Shown here piece after piece: positions 47,001 through 57,076 of a stretch of 64,000 nt of DNA. The translations under genes and the position numbers were made by a program. The stretch spans positions 6,014,001 to 6,078,000 of the forward strand of contig CM035353.1 of the NCBI GenBank assembly GCA_020137815.1, read 5' to 3'. The stretch is from Hormiphora californensis (taxonomy: Eukaryota > Animalia > Ctenophora). The notes beneath the pieces are model-generated. The model saw nothing but the letters and a program-made list of their open reading frames with translations. It did not search any database and had not been told where the DNA came from. Each line of letters opens with the position of its first letter. The first letter of the stretch is position 1.

Positions 47001-47979
47001 CACGGAGGATACAATTCTTACGTGCGCGTTATTTGACATGATGCTGAGCTGCACTGAATAATATTATTCCCTAATTATCGCTATTCACTATTATATATTC
47101 ACTTGATCAAACAATATCCTATTCCAGAGAGGGAGTTAATTACGGCGCCCCTGGATAGCGGTCTTATTCTACCCGGAGTTACTCGCCAGTCAGTCCTCGA
47201 TCTCACACGAGAATGGGTAAGATTCCCATTTGTCTCTCATATTCCTTGATATTATTTACATCATGAAGCACTGTACAATACCCCCCCCCCCCCCACAGAC
47301 ACAGACACACAGGGGGCGAGTTTAAAGTAACACCCTGTACAATTATATCCACACAGGGGGCGAGTTCAAAGTAACACCCTGTACAACTATACCCACACAG
47401 GGCGAGTTCAAGGTAACTGAACGAATGGTAACAATGCCCGAATTCCTCCGTGCTATTGAAAGTGACAGGGTTATTGAAGTTTTTGGGTGCGGTACCGCCT
47501 GTATGATCGCTCCCATCGACTCCATGCTGTTTGAAAATAAGGTAAAAAACAACATGTGGGAGAATTGTCAGATATTTTGTTTATCTTCCGCCGAAGCCCG
47601 AAATTATAATATATTCGGTGTTTTTTAGTCGGTTAACTATCTCTCCCCACTTTCAGGATATTGCCATTCCAACTATGACATCTGGTGCAGTCCTCTCTCA
47701 GCGTCTTTTTACCACCCTATCTGATATCCAGGTTAGTGTCTTTTTACCACCCTATCTGATATCCAGGTGAGTGTCTATTTCCTCTTGGAACTTCCACTAG
47801 GATTTATTTCGTTATATTTTATCGAGAACTAAAAAGGAACAAAAAGACAGATAAACTAGATGTCCGGGCAATTGTAATTCATTGGAAAATGATTAAATCA
47901 TTATTCTAAAACTACCTTTTTTCTCTTGTTTCAGGTCGGAAAGACTGAGCATCCCTGGTCCGTTAGTATCTACTCTTGA
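38016..47979 (+). CDS. BCAT: Branched-chain amino-acid aminotransferase, mitochondrial-type; exons 38016-38039, 38231-38348, 38571-38650, 38774-38931, 39071-39190, 39631-39712, 45566-45656, 46472-46615, 47128-47216, 47401-47541, 47658-47731, 47935-47979
   Basis: [53 protein letters not shown] (PLP Lys), TEAGTMN, ILPGVTR, FGCGTAC; Arg/Ser-rich presequence; apparent +1 frameshift at ~46479. Confidence 0.93.
39925..41250. mobile_element. 1.33-kb foldback/MITE, near-perfect palindrome, TA flanks, in BCAT intron 6
   Basis: GTCAGGGCATATGATG...CATCATATGCCCTGAC; ~645-bp arms with ~40-bp spacer near 40590; internal tandem sub-repeat in each arm. Confidence 0.93.
41657..43147 (-). CDS. Intronless cytochrome P450 (CYP46-like), nested antisense in BCAT intron 6
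   Basis: N-terminal TM + IPGPP hinge, WxxxRR, ExxR (ESLR), PERF, heme motif [13 protein letters not shown]; ATG 43147 gives 496 aa. Confidence 0.93.
   Translation of the reverse strand: MYLLVGLVVINLFYHVIDYTEKWLYSQKFRHIPGPPTVSFLQGHEPILFKAKQDNTLLEQFITWVEEYGETFKFCIKTRPVIFTVDPDALKQILSNVENWAKVDHLPNRALFGQRITGLYSILTGGGQEWAIKRRIMTTFFHKQNMSSLTPHFITLMDRLLETKVKPMVKGGNVVDLHELSTIIFSALPGVVGLDCPMGVDEPEEIGKRVNILLDIIPTQLFHIQNLKTYGERESNLKRNTIQMVIEMRMMGRKMVHEKRKEMEGWDGQNPSDDLLAWLITANDAAGLSDEEVVDDIMTVYLVMDNMSKQIGSLFIYLVNHPEIYKKMETELRDTPITGQRSLSKLTYTEMVILESLRMTPVLLKGTRWMKNDATVGGYHIPGDVQFQYSQYVLHRNKKFWPKPREFDPERFANGVPGVDDMTFIPFLAGPRACLGRHVAMISMKLMLSMMARNFDLTPQPTGTLPAVNQAMAVTRLKGGPFYYLQPRPDEKINGT
43766..43920. mobile_element. 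Small MITE, ~30-bp TIRs (TAAAGTCGGATTTTTTGAAGTTGTCACCCC)
   Basis: Perfect inverted termini. Confidence 0.85.
45720..46152. repeat. ~33-37-bp minisatellite (GGGATAGGGGAGGTATGTCACAGAGAGAGAT) in BCAT intron 7
   Basis: Direct read. Confidence 0.93.
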
Positions 47980-49423
47980 GTAAGCGGCGGAGGATACAAG
48001 ATACGATCTAGGGAAATATGTGTCACGTGACCCAATCTAGAGTTCCTGGCACACCGATTTAGGAGTTATATTATTATATATTAAATTGAACGGGTTTGGT
48101 TATTTATATTATATAAGAGATGCGGGACAATATTATACAAGAGAAAAGAAGTGCGTTTTTACTCATACAAAAGAGTTTTTGTCTTTTATGTAGCTGCGAT
48201 ATTTATACCTGTGTTTGTAAAGTAGTGCAGTTTTTACATGTGTGTGTTTTTGTGTATCGTGATCCTTTTTTTCTCTTTCTAGACTTGTTATCCAACGTGT
48301 TTGTTTCTTGGTGTAAAGGATTGGAATTATAAACGGAATTTCAATTGAGAGGGTGGCAATGGTTTGACTCATATCAAACCAGATCTGTCTGGCACTTGTC
48401 AGAGCATTGGCGGTTCTCGGTTTAAGAGCATTGGCCTGGAACTGTTGAGAATCAAACGGTGCTGAAGCGACGACGCGAGTTGCGACGTCTCTCCCGCAGA
48501 GTCAAATGTCATGAAAGTCCGTGTGTGAGTTGTCATGTTCCCAGTCTATCGACTGAAGCAGTGAAGACTGAAGAGAGGCGATTCACTGAGTGAATCACTC
48601 GCACGAATGGACAGACTGCGTAGTATGGCAATGTGTGAGGGACTGTGCAGCCCCCAACAGCAGAGCCATGGATCACAAGCTGCCATCTAGATTCTATATA
48701 CATTATACATAGTAGATTCTAGCCCCCTGCCCCATTGCATGGGGCATGGAAGAAACTAGCGGATATACGCCCAAATGTCTCTTCCTGGTGGTTAGGGTTG
48801 GGAATGGGATCCTGAGACCTGAAGGTGAATCTGAATTTCCGACCTCCGGAGGCCTCCTGATGTTTGCCGTAGACAAATTCAAAACTCGTTATATGTTGGG
48901 CCACTAACGGTGATAATCATGATAATAAGAGACAGGAATCAGAAAGTAAATACAAAATTAAGAATCTCTGACCATCAAATTCTAAAAACTCAAAATATAG
49001 TCATCTGATCGTCGCTCTCTCAACTCAAATACCTTCTCTCTAAATCTCTCCAGCTCTCAGGCTCTAAATCTCTTCCAATATCTCCACCCTCGAATCATCT
49101 CACTCTATCACTATGTATCTCTGAACTCCTTCTCACGCAACTCACAGACTGACAGTCAGATCATACTTCATGTGTCTGTCATGCTACCACACTAACTGGT
49201 TAGTCAGAGCTATTTACAGATCAAATTATTATACAAGATACTGATAAGTATTGTCATGGCCGATTTGCCGGATGCATATAAATATTATTACCCTACTGTA
49301 CAAGTCATCCTACTGCCAGTAGTACTGTAAGTGTACTGTTATACAAGGCACGTGATAAATCAAAATGGGGTTTTCTAAATTCTATCTTTCTACTTTTACT
49401 GCAACTAGTATTTTCAGTTCATA

Positions 49424-52400
49424 CTAAATATCACTATCGTCATTTCCTCTCATTAGTAGTTGATCACAGATAATCCACGCCTCCTGGTCAACAGCCGCTG
49501 ATCTGATCAGTCTGGCAAGTCCAGCACTACCCTCCTCCTCCATAAGAGACCTGCAGATCAGTTAAATTATAAAACTAGTTAGTATCAAGTATGCAACTTG
49601 TCTCACTTCTTCATGTGGAACGCTAGAAATAAATAAAAAGGGGCCATGATTCAAACTAAGATATCCCGTAATTGGAAGTGGACGCGTGGTAAATTACTCC
49701 AATTAGTTTCATGTCAATTAGCAGGATGTTTTCACCTATCATGAGCGACGAGAGTACGAAGAATGTGAGCCGAGATGTTCTGTACTATATTATCGGGTGC
49801 TCCAGCAACTCGTGTCAGTGCTAAAATGATCCCACTATCCACCAAGAGTTTCCTTGCCTGAATTTATAAAGATCTTCAAAGGGAGAAGGGAGCTGTCAAA
49901 GCACATTGGCCTGAAATAAGGGTGCTAAACTGTTTACCACCCTTGTTTCAGGCCACAAACAGTGTGACGTATCATTATTTTATTAAACATCAAGCTGCAA
50001 ATAATAACTCTGACCTGTTCAGATGCCTCACAGAAGTAAAGAAGGAGTTTGCTGGAAATTGTTCTAACGTCAATGTCACCAGAAACCGAGAGATTCTTAA
50101 CCAACGCCTGGGGGATTTAGTATCGGAATTGAATAGTTCATACTTTGTATCGTGGAACAGCAGGCGACTCATGCCTGGCCCTGTCAGAGCACTGGCCTGA
50201 CCCTATTCTCATTTATTTGCGGAGCGGGCGAGAATAATTTGGTCAGAGTATTGGCCTGGCAGTCCAGAGTGGCCCTGGCCCTAACTAACCGGTATGAGTG
50301 ATGTATGGACGGTGACACTCTCTGAAGAAGATAGGGCCATCATTTCAAGAGTCTGTAGAGATAGTTGCTGAACCGTAACATCACTGCACTTTACCATACG
50401 TTCAAAGTAAGGTACTGAAAGTAGCATGTGATTGAAAATGTACAAAACAATAGCAAGATTTACTAACAATATATTAACTAAGAGAAAGTATATGGCCAAA
50501 AAAAGAATTCACCCAAATGTCACATATATCCTCCAAAACATGCAATGATCCGTACCATATTTTCGGTGTTTGAGAAGTTCCCCCCTGAGAGTATCTGAGA
50601 AACTGACATCCAGAAACAGACCTGCCACCAATCTCACTGTCTCAACATGGCCAGATGCCACAACTTTACACAAGTCGTCCATTCTAGGGTGGGAGGGTGC
50701 ATTCTAGGGTGGGAGAGTGGGAGGGGAGTGAGGGTGGATTCTACTATTCTAGGTTAGGAAAGTGGGACTGTGGGAGAGTGGAAAGGGATGAGTGGGAAGG
50801 TTGCAGGATTTTAAATTGTTGGCTAAATAAGCCTAATTAGTCATTGTGATAACTAATAGTTCTGCAAGGGCCATCCCTATTTAGTAGGGACTTGGGACAT
50901 ATATATCAGAAGTAAAAAATTCGCAGTTTTCTAACCCATTTTCAGCGAGAATCGTGCCCATAACCTCCTCTCCTTCCTCAGCCAATTGGCAAACGGCCAG
51001 CAGTGTCTCTTTGACGATGTGATTGTCACTTGAATGCAATGCAAACATAAGAGTACTGATTCCACCCAGCTCCAGAAACTCGTTCTGTCAGGAAAATTTA
51101 TGTAGTTATTTACCAAAAGTAGACAATTTACTGTGGAAAATATATATATATGATCAGAAAAGTTTGGCCACATTGATGCCTGAGTGAGATCGAGTACGGT
51201 GGCAGATTCCGGCCAAGAGTTTTTTTCAATCAAGTGAAATATTTTTGTTTGAAGTTTTATAAAAATTTTATTTCAAAAAAAATAAACATGTCGTTAAAAT
51301 TATTGGCCGGAATCTGCCACGCGAGTGGCAGATCTCGGCCAAGATTCTAAAAAAACCTTGGCCAGAATCTGCCACACACGTGGCAGATTCCGGCCAACAA
51401 ACTGAAACTTACTTAGATCAAGGCGAAAACCGTTGTACCCGACTAATTTTGATACGCTGAATCACGTAAGCAACTTTTTCAATCCCTCAGAGGTCGGGAA
51501 AGTGTCCTAATTGAGCATAATAGGGTCTAATTGACCCCACTTACAACTTTTCACCTGGAAACGATAAACGCTTATGTGAAGGTACTTTTCCGACTAATTT
51601 TGATACGCTGAATCACGTAAGCAACTTTTCCAAGCTCTCCGAGTTCGGGAATTTGCCTTAATTGAGTATAATTGGGTCTAATTGGCCTTAATTGCTCAAT
51701 TAGGGCACTTTCCCGACTTCGTCGGGCTTTGAAAAATAGCTTACGGGATTTAGCGTATCAAAATTAGTCGGAAAAGTACCTTCACATAAGCGTCTATCGT
51801 TTCCAGGTGAAAAGTTGTAAATGGGGTCAATTAGACCCTATTATGCTCAATTAGGACACTTTCCCGACCTCTGAGGGATTGGAAAAGTTGCTTACGTGAT
51901 TCAGCGTATCAAAATTAGTCGGGTATAGCGGTTTTCGCCTTGATATGAGTAAGTTTCAGTTTGTTGGCCGGAATCTGCCACGCGTGTGGCAGATTCCGGC
52001 CAATAATTTTAACGACATGTTTATTTTTATTTTGAAATAAAGCTTTTATAAAACTTCAAACAAAAATATTTCACTTGATTGAAAAAACTCTTGGCCGGAA
52101 TCTGCCACCGTAATCGAGGTCGCGCAGCGACCGAGATCGATCTCACATCTAGGCCTCCGGCGCGTTATTGATTTTAGAGCAAACTTTTTCAAAGACCTGG
52201 CTGCAAGGAACTACTGAACCGATTTGCATCTCGTTTGTTGCTCCTGGCAGATAATTGTCTTTAGTTTTACGGAAAATACCCGCGAATATCAGCATTTGAG
52301 GAATAGTGGGTCAAAATTGACGCTAAACATGAGCAATTCTTTAAAGACCTGGCTGCAAGCTCCTAGTCCTACTCGGTCCTGGGACAATCTACGGGTACTG

Positions 52401-55400
52401 GGTGAATCGTCATGGCCTTGTGAGTATGGGAAAATACCCGCCGATACATCAAAGTGCCAATTGAGGCGGTAATTGGGGTTTTGGTAGTGCTATGTCGGCT
52501 AAAAATGCCTGCTAAAACAGTTAGTAGAGTCGATAAGAACACTCACCTCCTCCGATTTCAGTAAAACTTCTCACATGCTAAAATATGATAATGGAGGTAC
52601 AAATACCGCTTATTTTAGGTCCAAAAAGTTTTTGGTTCGTTAATTATCGCTAATTGAAAAACGCCAAAAATGGGCTAAAATGGCCCTTAAGGTGGATTTG
52701 AAATTTTGGAGTTGGAACTCCAGACTTCGTACAGGTGTCCGCTAGGATGCCAATATGCACCACAGGCGGGCTCAGGCCTAAATTCGTCCGAATTTTTGCG
52801 TAAGACCGGATGGCGTAAATCTTGGTCACGTGACCTCGGCTAACTTCTGAACCGCTCAAGTAAGGGATGTTTATAACCTGCTTAATCGATGCAGAATATG
52901 ATGAAAATGACACGTTTTGACATCATTTTTCATCCCAGACGCACAGGAAAGACACAAATCGCCTTACAAAATTGACGCCATCTAGTCTCCCGCTCTTTTT
53001 TTGCAAAACTCTAACTTCTGAACCGTTGAAGTAAGGGATGTTCATAGCCTGCTTAATCGATGCAGAAAGAAAAATAAATGAGAGGAAATGGCCTTATTTT
53101 TCATCTCCGGCGTGCAGGAAAGGCACAAATAGCAAAAAACTGATTTTTTGCCCAAATCACGTGACCAAAATTCACGCCATCCGGCCTTACGCAAAAATTC
53201 GGACGAATTTAGGCCTGAGCCCGCCTGTGGTGCATATTGGCATCCTAGCGGACACCTGTACGAAGTCTGGAGTTCCAACTCCAAAATTTCAAATCCACCT
53301 TAAGGGCCATTTTAGCCCATTTTTGGCGTTTTTCAATTAGCGATAATTAACGAACCAAAAGTTTTTCGGACCTAAAATAAGCGGTATTTGTACCTCCATT
53401 ATCATATGTTAGCATGTGAGAAGTTTCACTGAAATCGGAGGAGGTGAGTGTTCTTATCGACTCTACTAAGTATATCGCGCGCGATTTGATAGTCCCACTG
53501 CTGAAAACGTGCTTTACATCGCGCGCACGTGAGTTCTTGCTGTCCACAGGCCGGGAGCCTACAGAAAAGTAACAAATTAATACCTGGATACTGCGAACAG
53601 TTAGGAGTTCAGAGATGGCCTCAATCGCATATCCTCTCACTCCCTCATCCTCAGTCAGAGCCAGATCAATTAGAACTTGTAACCTGTAGAGTAATAAATG
53701 GATAATAATAATATGGAATATAATTTGTTGGTTTGTTTACAGTCCTGACTTTGGAAATAGGCCAACATGATTCGCGCGCGCCTGTGTGAAACGAACAAAC
53801 GCTGCTCACAATATGGCACTTTCAATATATCAAAGTTTGCGCGCGCTCCAATAAACACGTCTCTTGGTGGCATTCAGGGCACACTATGACGTCAAGTGAC
53901 GTCACAGATAATATTGCTATTACCCTCCGGCGGTAACGAGAGAAAACTTGTTGTCCACACTTGAGGCCGCCATGTTAGCTAAATCAAGTGCCGCTGTTCG
54001 CTGTTCCTTGACACTGAAATATTTGGTGTTCAGTGGTTACTAACTAGTAACTGGTTAGTGAAAATTTTGTAATCCATCAGAAACCGGAAGAATTGATAAA
54101 CAGTTGATATACAACTGATACAATTAACTCACCTACTGCTGCGAGCTGCAGTAAAGATATACTTGATATCTCTAATCTCCACCTAGTACAGGTTCCACAT
54201 AATTGCCGATTTGGAATGCAAAGTTTCTCCACAACACAAAGGCCATGATACATGCAGAAAGGTAGCCTACTGTTTCAACCTGGAGGTGGGTTAATTTAGA
54301 TACTAGGAATAGGCCGATATTGCCCCGCCCCTAATAACAGTTGAAAGAGCGTGCCTCTTTTGTTATGTTCTAACCCTCGCGCGAAACAGAGTCTAGCTAG
54401 GCAAGCCTTTTTAAAAGGTTATGAAGATGTCCTTCAAAAGAAATACCCTCGTTAGTTAATAACAATATGCTATTAATAATAATCGTTTATAAGAAGATTA
54501 ACCCACCAAGTAAACTGGTATGGAGAAGTAGGTTGGACCAGAGCAGTGGAGCCAGGGCAATGTTGTGTTGGCCACACAATCATGCTACAGAAATAAAGGA
54601 ACGGTGTGTTTTAATTAATGTGTTTATATATAGTTTAATCCTGGTCAGATCTCATTGATAATATATGGTGTAATAATTCTAAACAGTTCCCCCATGGAAC
54701 ACTAATTGTTAATACCTGGATCAGGGCAGGGATGGCACCTGCACTCCCAAGGCACAATGCTCCAGCACCAATCGCTACGAAAAGAACCCTCAAATCGTTT
54801 CTGCAGAAAAATAATGTACAATGTTTAGTTAGAATGACCTTTTACTCTCCGTTAAAACAATTTTGCCGGACCCCCGTTAAAATTTTTTTAATATTCAACA
54901 ACCCGGACCTATTAACATTTTGATTTTTGGTTACTTTGGCACCTACTGTCGAGGATCGAGTTCTCTGGACTGATCTGAGATCATTTGCATCCATCCAACT
55001 CCCGATTTATTTACTACTTTACCTCTCATTCATTCGAAGGTAAAAACCACTGAGACGGGTATATTTTGGGCATACTGCCAATGCCAGGGTGGCTGCTGCG
55101 AACTTGTAAAAAGCAGTGTACCATAGGGTGGTAACAAGACTCAACACACCCAGGGCAAATAACATCCACACACAGACCTAGAAATAGGGGGGGGGGAATA
55201 GTGGGGGGGGCGAACAGCATCCACATGCAGGGCTGGGAAGGAGGCTGGGAAGGAGGCTGGGAAGGAGGCTTGGAAGGAGGCTGGGAAGGAGGCTGGGAAG
55301 GAGGCTGGGAAGGAGGCTGGGAAGGAGACTGGGAAGGAGGCTGGGAAGGAGGCTGGGAAGGAGGCTGGGAAGGAGGCTGGGAAGGAGACTGGGAAGGAGG

Positions 55401-55829
55401 CTGGGAAGGAGACTGGGAAGGAGGCTGGGAAGGAGGCTGGGAAGGAGGCTGGGAAGGAAGCTGGGAAGGAGGCTGGGAAGGAGGCTGGGAAGGAGGCTGG
55501 GAAGGAGACTGGGAAGGAGGCTGGGAAGGAGACTGGGAAGGAGGCTGGGAAGGAGGCTGGGAAGGAGGCTGGGAAGGAGGCTGGGAAGGAGGCTGGGAAG
55601 GAGGCTGGGAAGGAAGCTGGGAAGGAGGCTGGGAAGGAGGCGCAATATGGGAGTAGGGAAGATAATCAATTGATTTAATTAATGTTTTAAAAAAAGAAGA
55701 AAAAAATGGTTAATATATTGATTGACAACATTTTATAACACACACCTGCAGTTTGTTACACAGTTTCTCCCTCGTTTTGAGCGTGTTAACTTCCTTTACT
55801 AGCATTCGTTGGAGAGTGTCTTCAGTTAC
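49424..55829 (-). CDS. Multi-exon gene: N-terminal hydrophobic (TM) segments then Armadillo repeats (Vac8-like); exons incl. ~55829-55745, 55177-55023, 54800-54716, 54279/54182-54133, 54013-53924, 53682-53584, 51085-50937, 50683-50556, 50413-50290, 50107-50015, 49857-49736, 49550-49424; 5' end unresolved (possibly to ~56290)
   Basis: Spliced in phase: SVKEQRTAALDLANMAASSVDNKFSLVTAGG/LQVLIDLALTEDEGVRGYAIEAISELL..Q/NEFLELGGISTLMFALHSSDNHIVKETLLAVCQLA..ENG/MDDLCKVV../ALVKNLSVSGDIDVRTISSKLLLYF../ARKLLVDSGIILALTRV; upstream exons hydrophobic. Confidence 0.8.
51197..52110. mobile_element. ~0.9-kb palindromic MITE (CGGTGGCAGATTCCGGCC...), TA flanks, intronic
   Basis: Arms are reverse complements apart from a ~50-bp indel. 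Confidence 0.9.
52521..53469. mobile_element. Palindromic element with ~310-bp inverted arms, intronic (probably part of a larger repeat from ~52120)
   Basis: TTAGTAGAGTCGATAAGAACACTCACC...GGTGAGTGTTCTTATCGACTCTACTAA; explains mirrored ORFs 52650-52913(-) and 53038-53340(+). Confidence 0.88.
55231..55640. repeat. 12-bp tandem repeat (GGCTGGGAAGGA)n, ~34 copies, intronic
   Basis: Direct read; produces the WEGG/LLPS pseudo-ORFs. Confidence 0.95.
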
Positions 55830-56555
55830 CCTAAATATAATGCTAATTAGTATTTTTATAGTCCACGGAAAATGGAAAAGGCGGTCCGTTATGCGCGTTA
55901 CCGGTAGTTTCAGGAGCATAGCAAGGAGGAAACGCGAGTTACAAGTGATTCCATGCTTCCAGTGTGTGCGGCTGCGTTGTTTTAGATGTTGGGACACATT
56001 AGGCGGACCAAATTTGCAAAAATAGCAGGAATAATTGCGTGGCGGGCCCACGGGCACCTTGCACCGCCTTTGGTGACGCAGTCACCCTTACAACTCGCGC
56101 GCGTAGCGCGCGAAAACGAAGCCCGGGAAGCGGGCTGAGTTGTAAGGGTGACAGAATCGATATCACATTTTTGTAAAAATCATAGCTCCTTCATTTTTCA
56201 TCCAATTTCGTCCATCTTTTTACCTCGCAGAGAGGTGATGGCATCACCAAGCACCGCCTTAGTCATTTTCCAGTGACTGTAGTACACCATACTCGCAGCT
56301 GCTTGGGCGCGGGGAAGGAGGGTCGAACAAGGCAAGCAGCTGCTCTTTCTTCATATATTTCTCTGCTCTTTTCTAGCGGTTGAGAGCGTAACTATTTTAT
56401 CGCTTCAAGCTGCGTCTCCGAGCCGCCGCTAACAATTGTTAAAGAATTTCTAAACAATTCGAACAAGAGGTTATTGCGTTACTGCGTTGCTCTAAAATCG
56501 ATTTATCAAAGTGTCTTATAAAAGGGGTATGTACCGGCGCCTTATAACTACCCTA

Positions 56556-56864
56556 TCTCTATTATAATTTGGAGATGTCGCGTCGAAGCCGTTCGTTCAG
56601 TGCGTTTCTACGCGACAGACTGCTCCTTCATAAAACACTTTATAGGCCCAAAGCTGTAAAGCTGTTGCTCACACTTTTGGAACTTCCAGTGAAAGTTTGT
56701 CAAAGTTTTCGAATGACTTTTAACATGCCAGTCTTCATGGTTACCGATACAGTCGCCATGGCAACCGTGTTATTGACGTTCAAAGGGGCGAAAAGAACCA
56801 TCCGGCGAAGCCGGGTGGTTTATCAAAAAGCCCTTACTTGAGGCGCACCCAATGGGTGCGCTAG
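56556..56864 (+). mobile_element. Non-autonomous Helitron (309 bp)
   Basis: 5' TCTCTATTATAA after A; 3' hairpin GCGCACCCA-A-TGGGTGCGC running into CTAG before T; no TSD; an empty-site paralogue lies at ~57018-57037. Confidence 0.82.
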
Positions 56865-57076
56865 TTATCAAAATGACTATTTTATCGCTTGAAGCTGTGC
56901 CTCTGAGTCGCCGTTAACAACTTTCTAACTAACTCGAACAATATGAATTAGTTATCGCGTTAGTGCGTTATTCTAATTCTAAAATCAATTTATCCCTTAT
57001 ATTAATATTCAAAGTATCTACCCTATGATCAAAATGAAGCACCACGCATTTTATTTGTAAGCCATCCTTTGTGTAC

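Noticed and set aside
48390-48904. Short minus-strand open frames between BCAT and the ARM gene
   Set aside because: No recognisable domain, signal peptide or consistent splice structure; cannot be supported without RNA data.
52650-53340. Two near-identical ORFs on opposite strands (also 41004-41240)
   Set aside because: Products of palindromic MITE arms; no transposase or other domain.
55178-55669. (WEGG)n and (LLPS)n ORFs resembling a repetitive structural or neuropeptide protein
   Set aside because: Pure 12-bp intronic tandem repeat, open by periodicity; no signal peptide or cleavage sites.
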